A stretch of DNA of 63,943 nt, counting the filler, from Octopus bimaculoides (lineage: Eukaryota): assembly GCF_001194135.2 (NCBI RefSeq). It is 7 parts of 7 records of this genome, joined end to end, with 100 filler letters (N's around TTAATTAATTAA, not from the genome) between each part and the next. Parts side by side here need not be neighbours in the genome. Positions count along the whole stretch, not along the records: positions 30,468 to 48,977 come from NC_068986.1; positions 49,078 to 55,660 come from NW_026306429.1; 5 more parts are not named here. One strand, 5' to 3'. Below the pieces are notes generated by a model. It saw nothing but the letters and a program-made list of their open reading frames with translations, was not told the origin of the DNA and did not search any database. Below are positions 40,757 through 53,471 of the stretch, in pieces. Position numbers and translations under genes: made by a program. Position 1 is the first letter of the stretch, and every line of letters begins with the position of its first letter.

Positions 40757-41086
40757 GCGGGGAAGTGGTTGAAACGTTAGCACGCCGGGCGAAATACTTT
40801 GCAGTATTTCGTCTGCCGTTACGTTCTGAGTTGAAATTCCACCGAGGTCGATTTTGCCTTTCATCCTTTCGGGGTCGATTAAATAAGTACCAGTTACGCA
40901 CTGGGGTCGATGTAATCGACTTAATCTCTTTGTCTGTCTTTGTTTGTCCCTTCTATGTTTAGCCCCCTGCGGGCAATAAAGAAATAAATATTAATAGTGG
41001 TGGTAGGGCGGGGAAGTGGTTGAAACGTTAGCACGCCGGGCGAAATACTTTGCAGTATTTCGTCTGCCGTTACGTTCTGAGTTGAA
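40757..41086 (+). mobile_element. Family A SINE plus a directly repeated 5' part
   Basis: 40737-40835 is repeated at 40987-41086, flank included, with shared private substitutions. Confidence 0.8.
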
Positions 41087-41533
41087 NNNNNNNNNNATGG
41101 AGGTGATGGAGGTGGTGGTGGTGGTGGTGGTGGTGGTGATTGGGGTGATAAGGATAACAGTGGTATCGATGGTGACTGATATTGTGATGCTGAGTGGTAA
41201 TGCTAATGGTGTTGGTAGTGAAAGCGGTGATTTTTGTGTCGATGTGGAGATAAGTGATGCTGGTGGTGATTACGTGTCTGATGGCGGTGATGGTGATGGA
41301 GACGGTGATGTTGATCGAAGTGATGTTTAATGTTGGTAGTGATGACGGTGATGAAGATCAACATTCAACTACCGCGAGCGTGGATCGGAGGTTAGGGCGT
41401 AAGGCTCACCTTCACGAGATCCTTCCATTCCTGGTCTAGGCGGAGTGTTATGTCCTTGAGCAAGGCTCATCATTTCATCATGTTCCAGTCTACTTAGCTC
41501 TTAATGAGTACCAGCTTTCTTTCTTTCTTTATT

Positions 41534-41572
<39 letters not shown>

Positions 41573-41808
41573 CCTCTCCCTCTCCCACAGCCACATCTTA
41601 GATGCTCTGTTGGAGAGCCAAACGGGTATCTATATCTACTCGCAAACTACACAGTCGCTTAAAACAACTAACGAAACCATGGTACACTTCACGCTGTCAA
41701 GTCGTACTCACTGGTGAATTAGGGCTGTGACTTTCCGTTGACGGCCTTATTGGCGTTCTTCATAGTGTTGCTAGTGTTTAGTTACAGATCAGTCCTAAAC
41801 GTGTAGAC

Positions 41809-42128
41809 TAGTGGTTCTCAACCATTTTTTATGTATAGACCTCTTTGATGACTATTTTATGCTGGTGGATACCCATAGCAATTCGACGTTTAAAAAACAA
41901 GTCTTATAGATACTTCTTACGAAATTCCTATTTAGTTTTTCACACATTCACTTGAATACGTTAGCAAGAAACATGTTAGAGAAAGAAACCTAACTGGTTC
42001 TTGCAATAAATCCATTTAAAGTTAAAAAAATTTATGGACCCATAAGATAATGCTGTTGATCCCCAAATTACTATTTTGTGTGCGTAGACCCTGCAAAATT
42101 TTATTTGGACCCTGGTTGAGAACCACTT
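41809..42128. mobile_element. Complete hAT (Charlie-like) MITE with perfect 8-bp TSD
   Basis: TIRs tagtggttctcaacc / ggttgagaaccactt; TSD gtgtagac at 41801-41808 and 42129-42136. Confidence 0.9.
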
Positions 42129-43117
42129 GTGTAGACCTATAATCGCAGGTCCGTTCGTGGTCATTCCGTCTCTTTTCGTATATCCATGATTATACGATCC
42201 GAAATAAATTCTGATGTTTATTTTTTAAGGTGGTCAGGTATTATTGGAAAGAATCTGCTGCTACTGTTGGTGATGGTGGTGGTGGTGGCGGTGTTTGTGT
42301 TGGTAGTGGTGGTGGTGGTATTGGTGGTGGTTTTGATTGTGGATGTGGTGGAAGTTTTAGTGATGTTAGTGATGCTGATGGTAGCAGCAGTATTGTTGGT
42401 GGTGGTATTGTTGGTAAAGGTGGTGACAGTGGTGGTAGATTTGGTGGATCTAGTTTTTTTCATTTGCAAAATATGCATTTTTTAAACGACAGTAAAAAAT
42501 CTGAAAATCGGCTATAAGAATGTAGTTTTCCGGTCTAATTGCTATGAAGATATGATGTTTTGGAGAAACAAATTGGAGGAAGAAGTTACAGAGGTTTAAA
42601 AATCGAAAAACTCTGTATTTTTAGCCAATAGTGAGAAAGAAATTTTCTACGTTTAGCGGAGCGGTGTAAACTTTAAGGTTGTACCCTGTAAGATTTATAG
42701 TTTAGCGTCTGTGAAACGACCTCTTCATTGGAGATTTCTAAATAAATAAAAGTACCTAATTTCTTTGTAGTTTTCTAAATAAACAGAAATACCTAATAAA
42801 ATCAATATGTATCATCTTGCTATTTCTTTTGTTTCTTCATTGATTGTATGTTTTTATTATTTTTAAAAAAATTGTTTTATTAATATATTTGTCTGCATGT
42901 GTTTACTTTATGCGTATTTCAGTATTATGTATATGTCATGTATTTGTGTACATCATTAATATATTTGTGCTAAGTTCACATATTCCTTTCACCTTCGTGA
43001 TGTCAAGAAACTGCATAAACATCGCAAACAACTTTTGCAATATATATGAAAAATATGCAAGATATTAAGACAATTGACGAAAAATATCTATAATAAAATA
43101 TTTATGATAAAATTCTA

Positions 43118-43526
43118 GGCGTAGGAGTGGTTGTGTGGTAAATAGCTTGCTTACGAACCACATGGTTCCGGGTTCAGTCCCACTGCGTGGCACTTTGGGC
43201 AAGTGTCTTCTACTATAGCCTCGGGCCGACCAAAGCCTTGAGTGGATTTGGTAGATGGAAACTGAAACAAGCCCGTCGTATATATGTATATATGTATATA
43301 CATATGTATGTGTGTGTGTTTGTTCCCCCCAACATCGCTTGACAACCGATGCTGGTGTGTTTACGTCCCCGTAACTTAGCGGTTCGGCAAAAGATACCGA
43401 TAGAATAAGTACCAGGCTTACAAAGAATAAGTCCTAGGGTCGATTTGCTCGACTAAAGGCGGTGCTCCAGCATGGCCACAGTCAAATGACTGAAACAAGT
43501 AAAAGAGTAAAAAAAAGTAAAGAGTA
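43118..43526 (+). mobile_element. Full-length SINE family B
   Basis: tRNA-like head, cttgggcaagtgtc domain, internal TA/TG microsatellite, 3' tail tgactgaaacaagtaaaagagta. Confidence 0.9.
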
Positions 43527-43605
43527 TTGATAAATATAAATTTTTATTAAAACAAAACGCGCGGGTGAAGAAATCTGGTGGTGTGAAGAATCAACACAAC
43601 GTGCG

Positions 43606-43619
43606 GTTGTCATGGTAAC
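43606..43619. promoter_or_regulatory. RFX X-box-like palindrome
   Basis: GTTGTCATGGTAAC versus consensus GTTNCCATGGNAAC, in non-repetitive sequence. Confidence 0.3.
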
Positions 43620-44202
43620 AAGCTGTTAATGCCTCGCTGTCTGTTGATTGCCTAAAATTACCCAAATTTCCCAATTTTAATTCCAAATAACATCAGATCC
43701 TTTTATTTACGAGATAAAGTAATTGGTTGATCGTAATCAAAATTCAGAGTCGCATCGATACACCAAAATTGAAAGCAATCTGAGCAAAATTAAAGGGGTC
43801 TCATTATGCGAATGAAAAAAACTAGATCCGATTCGGAAACGGTGATGACAATGGTAGTGGCATGGTAGTGGTACTCATAGTGGTAATGGTGTTGGAGTTG
43901 TTATTGTATGTTATAGTGGTGGTGGTAGTAATGATGATGGTAGTAGTGATAGTGTTGGTAACGGTGTTGGTTGTAACAATGCTGATGGTTGTGGTGGTGA
44001 TAATGACCATAGTAGCGGTGGTACTAATAGCGGTCTTATTTGAGTATGGAATAGGTGAACTAGGGCCGTTATTTAATAAACTAAAGCCTGCTGATGCTGC
44101 TGCTGCTGTCCTAATTTAGTACCAATTCAGGCCTTCATTTACTGACTGCCACCATCTTCAGCAATGTACGAGATTTGAAGATGAGTTGATTGCAGAGTGG
44201 GT

Positions 44203-44248
44203 CACGTGGCAATCGTACGTCACGTGGATTGTACAAACTGTGCACGTG
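44203..44248. promoter_or_regulatory. Cluster of three CACGTG E-boxes
   Basis: CACGTG at 44203, 44221 and 44243 in CpG-rich sequence that I could not assign to a repeat. Confidence 0.45.
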
Positions 44249-45108
44249 TCGCCGTCTTGAGGCGTTCGCAAAAATAATAACACCCGGGCGAACGAACACA
44301 CTTCATTATATAGATAACTATGTTAATTACATGTTAAAATTGTGCTATCACCGCCACAATCATCATCATCATCATCACCATTACAATCATCATCATCATC
44401 ATCATCATATCACCACTACCACCATCAACACCAACAGCAGTCGCAGCAGCAGTCGCAGCAGCAGTCGCAGCAGCAGTCGCAGCAGCAGTCGCAGCAACAA
44501 TGGCAACACTTCTATCACTATACCACCATCACTAACAGAATCGTTAAAATGATAAGTAGTTATATACTGGGGTCAAATAATAAACATGCGAACTCTTCTA
44601 AGAATTATAAGCATGTATATGTATTATATATGTGTCTGTCTGTTTGTTTGTCTATNNNNNNNNNNNNNNNNNNNNNNNNNNNNNNNNNNNNNNNNNNNNN
44701 NNNNNNNNNNNNNNNNNNNNNNNNNNNNNNNNNNNNNNNNNNNNNNNNNNNNNNNNNNNNNNNNNNNNNNNNNNNNNNNNNNNNNNNNNNNNNNNNNNNN
44801 NNNNNNNNNNNNNNNNNNNNNNNNNNNNNNNNNNNNNNNNNNNNNNNNNNNNNNNNNNNNNNNNNNNNNNNNNNNNNNNNNNNNNNNNNNNNNNNNNNNN
44901 NNNNNNNNNNNNNNNNNNNNNNNNNNNNNNNNNNNNNNNNNNNNNNNNNNNNNNNNNNNNNNNNNNNNNNNNNNNNNNNNNNNNNNNNNNNNNNNNNNNN
45001 NNNNNNNNNNNNNNNNNNNNNNNNNNNNNNNNNNNNNNNNNNNNNNNNNNNNNNNNNNNNNNNNNNNNNNNNNNNNNNNATATATATATATATATATATA
45101 TATATAAG

Positions 45109-45149
45109 CCAGACTGATGATGAGCAATGACTCTGAAACTAGTTTCTGG
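45109..45149 (+). ncRNA. Minimal type I hammerhead motif
   Basis: ccaga CUGAUGA u gag caauga cuc u GAAA CUAG UU ucugg. Helix I 5/5, helix II 3 bp, palindromic ACUAGU helix III, GUU triplet. Confidence 0.55.
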
Positions 45150-45478
45150 ATGCTGGCTTTGCTGGGTGGCGGTGTTTATCTTCACTTTGAAAACATAAGG
45201 ACACAAGAAATGTGTCAAGTACAACACGAAACGGTGTTTCCTAGGGCTAAATAACAGTAATATTCTTCCCTTTTATGGGACTGTCACATTAACTTACCAA
45301 CATACTATTACATTATTGTGCATAAATCTCTCTGAGCGATTAATGTATTATTTCTATATATATACATATGTTTATAATTTAACGTTCCGTCAAGGTAGGA
45401 TAATAGAAAAAAGTATCTATCCAATGAGAGATAGATATCATTTAATGTACACAGTATTCAGAATAAGAGTCACGAATA

Positions 45479-45830
45479 CAGTGGTTCTCAACCGGGGTCC
45501 ATACGGCCCCTGAAGGTCCATATAAGATTTTTCGGAGCTTCACGTCACAAAATAGTAAATTTGGGGCCCACAATATTATTTTAGGGCCCCTGAAAAATTT
45601 TGCTGTAGATGTATGAATTAATATGTATTGTAAGAAACAGGTAGGTTTGTTTATCTAACGTTTTGCATAGTTCAGCCTATACTAATTAATGTATGACAAA
45701 CAAAATAAGAATTTTGAAAGAACTTCATAAACAAACTAGTTTTTTAAAATCAAATGGCTATGGAGATCCACCAGAATAAGATAGTCTTCAAAGAGGTCCA
45801 TAGATAAAAAAAAATGGTTGCGAACCCCTG
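45479..45830. mobile_element. hAT MITE
   Basis: TIRs cagtggttctcaacc / ggttgcgaacccctg; degenerate 8-bp TSD cacgaata / cactaatg. Confidence 0.8.
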
Positions 45831-46332
45831 CACTAATGGGTTCTTGCAAAAAAGACGCTGATATTAGGTAAATTTATATAATATACCTTCGCCTGAAGAT
45901 TTCTTGGGGACATAAGGCACGTTATATAAATCCACCTAATCTTAGCGTCTCTTCCTGTAATAATATTGTATAAGACTTGAGATGTTTGCCTTGTCTTAAT
46001 GTTTGACGTCCTGTTTAACAGTTATAAATCCGCTGCATCGGAAATCTGCAATGGCTCCATAACTACCGTCTCGGCTATAACTTTGGAGCCCTAGTAATAC
46101 GTTACTGCGCTTACCCAGCGTACCTAATCGTTTAGATTACCTGTGAACTAAACCGCCATACATTATACTGAGAAAAAGTGTATTATATATATATATATAT
46201 ACAAACGACAAGTAAAACCGTATAAAGTATATTGAGTATACAAACGGACGAAGACAGACACAGAAGGTCCCTAATTCTTTATCAGTTATCAACCAGATGG
46301 TTTTACTTAGATTCGCGCACCATTAATACAAA

Positions 46333-46376
<44 letters not shown>

Positions 46377-46422
46377 TATCTATATACATACGTGTATGCT
46401 TGCATACATACATGCATACACA

Positions 46423-46616
46423 CGAGGGGGTGCTAAAAAATGCCTGGCTTTAAAGTTGTCGCGAAACGCTTGTTTGGAGGCTCAACCTTCCGGGTTTTTT
46501 TTTAGAAAAACTGAAGGACAGCTGGAATAAGTGTATGAATATGAGAGGGATTATGTTGAATAAAATCGTCCTGTATTTTCTTTTACCCAAAGCCAGGAAT
46601 TTTTCAGCACTCCTCG
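46423..46616. mobile_element. Mariner-type MITE
   Basis: TIRs cgagggggtgctaaaaa / ttttcagcactcctcg in a TA-repeat context. Confidence 0.7.
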
Positions 46617-46866
46617 TATATGTGTGTACATGTGTATGTATATATGTGTGTATGCTTGCGTGTGGTATCTTTGTGTCTTTACCCCACATCTTGACAACTG
46701 GTGTTAGTTTGATTACGCCTTCATAATCAAGCGGTTCAGTTTTACCAAACATAAAATGTAAGTACTGGAGTCAATTTGTTGGACTAATTCAGCAAGGTGT
46801 GCTCCAGGGTGGAACAAGTAAAAGAGTAAACGAGTTTACTCTTGCCGTAACACACGCGCGCGCGCA

Positions 46867-46908
<42 letters not shown>

Positions 46909-46913
46909 TATAT

Positions 46914-47635
46914 ACTAGCTGACGTACCCGGTAATTCTCGAAAAAGCGGGGCTTATCCCTTGGTTCCGTTCTCATAATTGTTTCGCTAATCCAATAACAA
47001 CAATACAAAGTATATAGCCCTTAAAACGGTTTTTGTGCATTTACAGAGAATACCAAACTGTCTTACACAGGATCTTGTTTTTAGGAATTCCCAATAAGTT
47101 ATGAATACCCTAATTGTAAAGTTATTTATGTAATAACATGAAATTAGTTACCGGGTAGTAACAATTCAGATAAAGTAGCCCCGAAAGGGCTTTAATGCGT
47201 TCCCTGAATATATAGAACTTAGGAGGAAATACTAATAAGCTATGTATACTAAAATCGTGAAGCATGTTACGTAATAACAGGCTAATGAGATATGAGATAA
47301 TAACAATTAAAAGTAAATAACTCTGAAAAGGAATTTTGTGCGTTCCCAGAGAATATTACCCTCAGGGGCGCTAGTGTTGGTATATTCGTGAATAAGTCAC
47401 TAACCGAAATAAGTGGATTTATTATTTAGGAAAATACTATTTACTTGTTTAAGGGTTGTAGTGGATAAATTGCGAAAATAACTCTAATATTTCAAATACT
47501 AAGAAATAATCATACTCAATTTGATTTATACCAAATAATATAGGAAAATGAATGGGTTATTTCCCTTGGCTGTTAAAATAGGGCGAATGGGTTATTTCCC
47601 TTGGATGTTAAAATGAATATATTATATATATATAT
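46914..47635 (+). mobile_element. Possible non-autonomous Helitron-like element with internal tandem subrepeats
   Basis: Starts actagctgacgtacccgg at a TA/CA microsatellite edge; internal duplication gaatgggttatttcccttgg at about 47550-47605. Family assignment is from recall only. Confidence 0.3.
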
Positions 47636-47832
47636 AAGGATTCCTTCCAGGGGCACAATTATCGATTTTTTTTCAACAATCTGAGTATGCCATGAGATTT
47701 CCAGACATGAGTTGTACTCACGTGTCAAGTTTCATCAAAATCGATAAAACGATGTAGGAAGAGTTAGCTAAGAACTCTACAAACACACCCTCAGACAGAA
47801 TTTCCCACATACGTACATATATCATCACCATC

Positions 47833-48110
47833 ATCATTATTCAACGTCAGTTTTCCATGCTGGCATGGGTTGGACGGTTTGACTGGAGCTGGTAAGGCCA
47901 GGAGCCGCACCAAGTACCATTATCTGTTCAGACATGGTTTCTACGTCAGCCCCTTCGCAGAGTGTACTGGATGCATTTTAAGCGGTACCAGCACCAGTGC
48001 TTTTAACAGGACACTAACACCAGTGCTCTTTATGTGGCACCGGCATCAGCACCAGTGGTTTTTATGAGGCACCAACACCGGTATCAATTCTGCTGTGGTG
48101 CGCTGGTCTA
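47833..48110 (-). mobile_element. (GAT)n-tailed SINE family D fragment
   Basis: Reverse complement of the tail ccaacccatgc(t/c)agcatggaaa.cgg/tgacgtt..atgatg seen forward at 51270-51557. Confidence 0.65.
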
Positions 48111-49621
48111 CTCGAGTATAGCAATGCGCCAGATATCTCGGTTTTTAATCGTCTCCTTCGTAAGGCTCATATATCATAAATACAAACAGTCGAGTCTCCT
48201 CAATAGTACATACAGTTAATTGCATATACAAAGAAAACAAATTTCGGTTATTCGCATTTCCTACCCATCGACTTTTAAACGAAGTAAAAGAAAAGCATTG
48301 GTAAAACGTAGCATAAAAATTAAATATTTTCAATTAACTGAGATGTTTTTTGATTTGATATGAATTCAATGATTTGAGAAGCTTGAGGAGTTAAAAGTTC
48401 GTAATCAAGATTATCGTGAATTAAATTTACAGAAGATATTCTTTACCATTTCAATCAATTAAAAAATTATCAATGTTCAAATTCCAATATATTTTTATTT
48501 TATTTTTGTGTGAGAAAATTCTTCGATAAGTAAGAAACATAAAGCAAACGGTGAACGGGTGATTTACAAGTATTTTCAGGGCCATAAAACCTTATACTGA
48601 AATCTCTTATTTTATAAGACTGCTGCTCTAGCTCGGTTAATTACATACTTCGGTTAATCACATAAGAATATCATCACCAAGGTTATATAGTCGAGCAGAA
48701 CAGACTCACACTGTGCGTATGTGTGTATACTCTCTTTACTCTCTTTTACTTGTTTCAGTCATTTGACTGTGGCCATGCTGGAGCACCACCTTCACTCGAA
48801 CAAATCGACCCCAGGACTTATTCTTTGTAAGCCTAGTACTTATTCTATCGGTCTCTTAAGCCGAACCGCTAAGTTACGGGGACGTAAATACACCACCATC
48901 GGTTGTCAAGCGATGTTGGGGGGGGGGAACAAACACACACACAAACATATACACACACATACATACATATATATATANNNNNNNNNNNNNNNNNNNNNNN
49001 NNNNNNNNNNNNNNNNNNNNNTTAATTAATTAANNNNNNNNNNNNNNNNNNNNNNNNNNNNNNNNNNNNNNNNNNNNAGTCCTGGGGTCGATTTGCTCGA
49101 CTAAAGGTGGTACTCCAGCATGGCCACTGAAATGACTGAAACAAGTAAAAGAGTTATTAAGCTGGTGTTAGGCAGTGAGTTGGCAGAATTGTTTGCACGC
49201 CAGGCAAAATGTTTAGTGGCATTTTGTTTCTGAATTCAAATTCCGCCAGGGTTGACTTTACCTTTGACCTTTCAGGCTCGATAAAATGAGTACCAATTTT
49301 TCACTGGAGCCATCGTAACTCAGATATCCCCTCACCTGAAATTACTGGCCATGTGCTTAAATTTGAAACCATTAGTAAGCTGGTGTGAAGGTGGAAAGCT
49401 GGCAGAATCTTAGTAAACCAGGCAAAATGCTTAGCAAAATTTTTTCTGGTTTTACCTTTGAGTTTAAATTCTGCCTAAGTTGATTCTGCTTTTTATCCTT
49501 CCTGAGTCAGTAAGATAAGTACCAGTTGAGCTCAGTGGTGGATATAATCAACTAGCTTTTCCCCAAAAAATTTCAGGCCTTGTGTCTAAAGTAGAAAAAA
49601 TTATTAAGCTAGTGTTAATAA

Positions 49622-49784
49622 GGCGTAGGAGTGGCTGTGTGGTAAGTAGCTTGCTTACGAACCACATGGTTCCAGGTTCTGTCCCACTGCGTGGCACCTT
49701 GGGCAAGTGTCTTCTACCATAGCCTCGGGCCGACCAAAGCTTTGTGAGTGGATTTGGTAGATGGAAACTGAAAGAAACTCGTCG

Positions 49785-49824
<40 letters not shown>

Positions 49825-50027
49825 CATGTTTGTGTGTCTGTGTTTGTCCCCCCACCATCGCTTGACAACCGATGCTGGTGTGTTTACGTCCCCGTAACTT
49901 AGCGGTTCGGCAAAAGAGACCGATAGAATGAGTACCAAGCTTCCAAAGAATAAGTCCTGGGGTCGATTTGCTCGACTAAAGGCGGTACTGCGGCATGACT
50001 GAAACTAGTAAAAGAGCAAGTAAAAGA
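49622..50027 (+). mobile_element. Full-length SINE family B, preceded by two diverged family A copies (49170-49600)
   Basis: Near-identical by eye to 43118-43526. Confidence 0.9.
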
Positions 50028-50691
50028 ATAACATAATTTAATGTGAAATTTTTATGGAAAGTTTTGATTTGGATAATTTTTAAACAAGAGGTTATTGTAG
50101 AACTAGGAATAGTCATGGGTGGGTTGGTATCAGAGGAATTAATAAAACATCAGTACAACTATGATTACTGATAAATCCATTAATACTGATATCAGTTACT
50201 GGAATTTATTTATTAACTGTTGATAACTAGATCATTATTTGTCATTGGCCAAATATTGTCCTCTTCTCACCACATAATATATTCAATAATCCTTTTGATG
50301 CTCTCTGCATTAAATATGTTAATACTAACTTAACTACTGTAAATACCCAACTCTGAGATCTATGTACAGCACACACACACATGCATACATGCAGAGTGAC
50401 CAAAAATTTGCTCAACCATTTAATACATACAAATATATTAAATGGTGACTTCAATTTTGGGCCACCCTGTGTGTATGTGTGTGTTTGTACACACATACAT
50501 ACATACATATATATATATATATAATCCAAGAAAGTTAGGGGTTGTGAATCCAACCCACTAAGGGATAATATCTATCCAGTATGCTGCCGGAAGGATACCC
50601 AATTATTAGTACATTAATGTTTTTACCAAGTGCAATAAATGGGTGCGGGTAAAAGGAAATTTTACCCTTAATTTATATAGCAATAAGAAAA

Positions 50692-51012
50692 TGGAGGGGA
50701 ATATGTGGTATTCATCAACTTGCAGACATTGTATTGTGTCAATTAACTTGTTTATTTTTCAACTGGGAGGACGATAGAAACAATATACAAACACATGTGA
50801 CATGTTGTGTCATATTAGTAATTAAAAAAGACATCTAGTGACCGACCGAAAATAGGACAATGTAACTAGATGTCCTTTTTAATTACTGGTATGACGTAGT
50901 GTGTCACATGTGTTTGTATATTGTTTTTGTTGTCCTCTTGGTTGAGAAATGGACAGGTGAATTGACATAGTGCAGTGTCTGCAAGTTGATGAATACCACA
51001 TATTCCCCTTCA
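50692..51012. repeat. Inverted repeat / foldback (about 148-bp arms, 25-bp spacer)
   Basis: 50692-50839 is the reverse complement of 50865-51012 (ggggaatatgtggtattcatcaacttgcagaca / tgtctgcaagttgatgaataccacatattcccc). Confidence 0.9.
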
Positions 51013-51072
51013 ACAAAAAAAGTACTCCATCTGGTGAGAGATAGATATTATTTATAGGTCACAATACATGTA

Positions 51073-51134
51073 TTAAAGCACTACTAGTGGTTTCATGTGT
51101 TGAGAGAGCTCAAACATGTTCTTCAGGTGTAAAC
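51073..51134 (-). ncRNA. Hammerhead motif with intact core but weak helix I
   Basis: Minus: uuuacac CUGAAGA ac auguuugag cucu cucaacacau GAAA CCACUAGUAG UU gcuuuaa. Helix II about 9 bp with one bulge; near-palindromic helix III. Confidence 0.5.
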
Positions 51135-51269
51135 TGCATATCATGGCAAACTAGAGGGGTTGAATGGTGGAAAGGACGCGAAAGAACTGAGAGGGCAGCA
51201 TGTGGAAGACACAGACGGGAAACAGCAGAAGATGAAAAACAGAAACTAAAATGTCAAAAATAAAGCGAG

Positions 51270-51557
51270 TTTGTTGCCAGTACTGCTGGACTGGCTCCTG
51301 TGCAGGTGGCACATAAAATATACCATTTCAAGTGTGGCCATTGCCAGTACCTCCTGACTGGCCTTCGTGCCAGTGGCTCGTAAAAGCACCCACTACACTC
51401 TCGGAGTGGTTGGCGTTAGGAAGGGCATCCAGCTGTAGAAACTCTGCCAGATCAGATTGGAACCTGGTGTAGCCATCTGGTTCACTAGTCCTCAGTCAAA
51501 TCGTCCAACCCATGCTAGCATGGAAAGCGGACGTTAAACGATGATGATGATGATGAT
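51270..51557 (+). mobile_element. SINE family D 3' part with (GAT)n tail
   Basis: ggagtggttggcgttaggaagggcatccagctgtagaaac...ggacgttaaacgatgatgat. Confidence 0.8.
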
Positions 51558-51562
51558 ATATA

Positions 51563-51593
<31 letters not shown>

Positions 51594-52368
51594 GCCCGGC
51601 TTTGCCCGGGATTAAGTTGGGATTATTAAGCTAATCAAGTTCTTTATTTCAAACCAAACTAAGTNNNNNNNNNNNNNNNNNNNNNNNNNNNNNNNNNNNN
51701 NNNNNNNNNNNNNNNNNNNNNNNNNNNNNNNNNNNNNNNNNNNNNNNNNNNNNNNNNNNNNNNNNNNNNNNNNNNNNNNNNNNNNNNNNNNNNNNNNNNN
51801 NNNNNNNNNNNNNNNNNNNNNNNNNNNNNNNNNNNNNNNNNNNNNNNNNNNNNNNNNNNNNNNNNNNNNNNNNNNNNNNNNNNNNNNNNNNNNNNNNNNN
51901 NNNNNNNNNNNNNNNNNNNNNNNNNNNNNNNNNNNNNNNNNNNNNNNNNNNNNNNNNNNNNNNNNNNNNNNNNNNNNNNNNNNNNNNNNNNNNNNNNNNN
52001 NNNNNNNNNNNNNNNNNNNNNNNNNNNNNNNNNNNNNNNNNNNNNNNNNNNNNNNNNNNNNNNNNNNNNNNNNNNNNNNNNNNNNNNNNNNNNNNNNNNN
52101 NNNNNNNNNNNNNNNNNNNNNNNNNNNNNNNNNNNNNNNNNNNNNNNNNNNNNNNNNNNNNNNNNNNNNNNNNNNNNNNNNNNNNNNNNNNNNNNNNNNN
52201 NNNNNNNNNNNNNNNNNNNNNNNNNNNNNNNNNNNNNNNNNNNNNNNNNNNNNNNNNNNNNNNNNNNNNNNNNNNNNNNNNNNNNNNNNNNNNNNNNNNN
52301 NNNNNNNNNNNNNNNNNNNNNNNNNNNNNNNNNNNNNNNNNNNNNNNNNNNNNNNNNNNNNNNNNNNN

Positions 52369-52408
<40 letters not shown>

Positions 52409-53471
52409 CAACACACAAATACACACATGCATGTATGTACACCAATTGCATACATATTTTTTGTACACATACATGTTTGTATGTGTGTGTGTGTGTTGCC
52501 CGTATCTCAACAAAACACATACACACATCTTGCGTTACATATATATACGGATAAATGATTTAAAATAAATATATTTTGGAAATGGCAATTTACGGTACAA
52601 TACCTAGAAACATGAAAATCAGACCACATGGGTTTGTTTACATCAATTCGGCAGTTTCCATAAAGTGTTTGGAAAGAACACGAAAGAGATAGAGAGAGCG
52701 CGCTCTCCCTCTCAATCTCCCTCCCTCCCTTACACACATGCCAGTTATCTCTCTTTCTTTCTTTCTCTCTCTCCCTGTCTCACACACACAGCAACATTAC
52801 ACAAACACACATGCTCCTCTCACACTAACAAAAGAACTTCACATACACACCACACTTTCTGTCTGGCATACCCACTATAAAAAGAAAGTGTGTATTTCTT
52901 TTTGGCAACATGTGTTTTGTGTGTAATGTTGGTGTGTGTGGGTGTGAGAAAGAAAGAAAGAGAGATAACTGGCATGTGTGTNNNNNNNNNNNNNNNNNNN
53001 NNNNNNNNNNNNNNNNNNNNNNNNNNNNNNNNNNNNNNNNNNNNNNNNNNNNNNNNNNNNNNNNNNNNNNNNNNNNNNNNNNNNNNNNNNNNNNNNNNNN
53101 NNNNNNNNNNNNNNNNNNNNNNNNNNNNNNNNNNNNNNNNNNNNNNNNNNNNNNNNNNNNNNNNNNNNNNNNNNNNNNNNNNNNNNNNNNNNNNNNNNNN
53201 NNNNNNNNNNNNNNNNNNNNNNNNNNNNNNNNNNNNNNNNNNNNNNNNNNNNNNNNNNNNNNNNNNNNNNNNNNNNNNNNNNNNNNNNNNNNNNNNNNNN
53301 NNNNNNNNNNNNNNNNNNNNNNNNNNNNNNNNNNNNNNNNNNNNNNNNNNNNNNNNNNNNNNNNNNNNNNNNNNNNNNNNNNNNNNNNNNNNNNNNNNNN
53401 NNNNNNNNNNNNNNNNNNNNNNNNNNNNNNNNNNNNNNNNNNNNNNNNNNNNNNNNNNNNNNAGTTCCTTT

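Noticed and set aside
40737-41086. Exact local duplication of a SINE head plus flank
   Set aside because: Ends at a 10-N gap; most likely an unmerged contig overlap.
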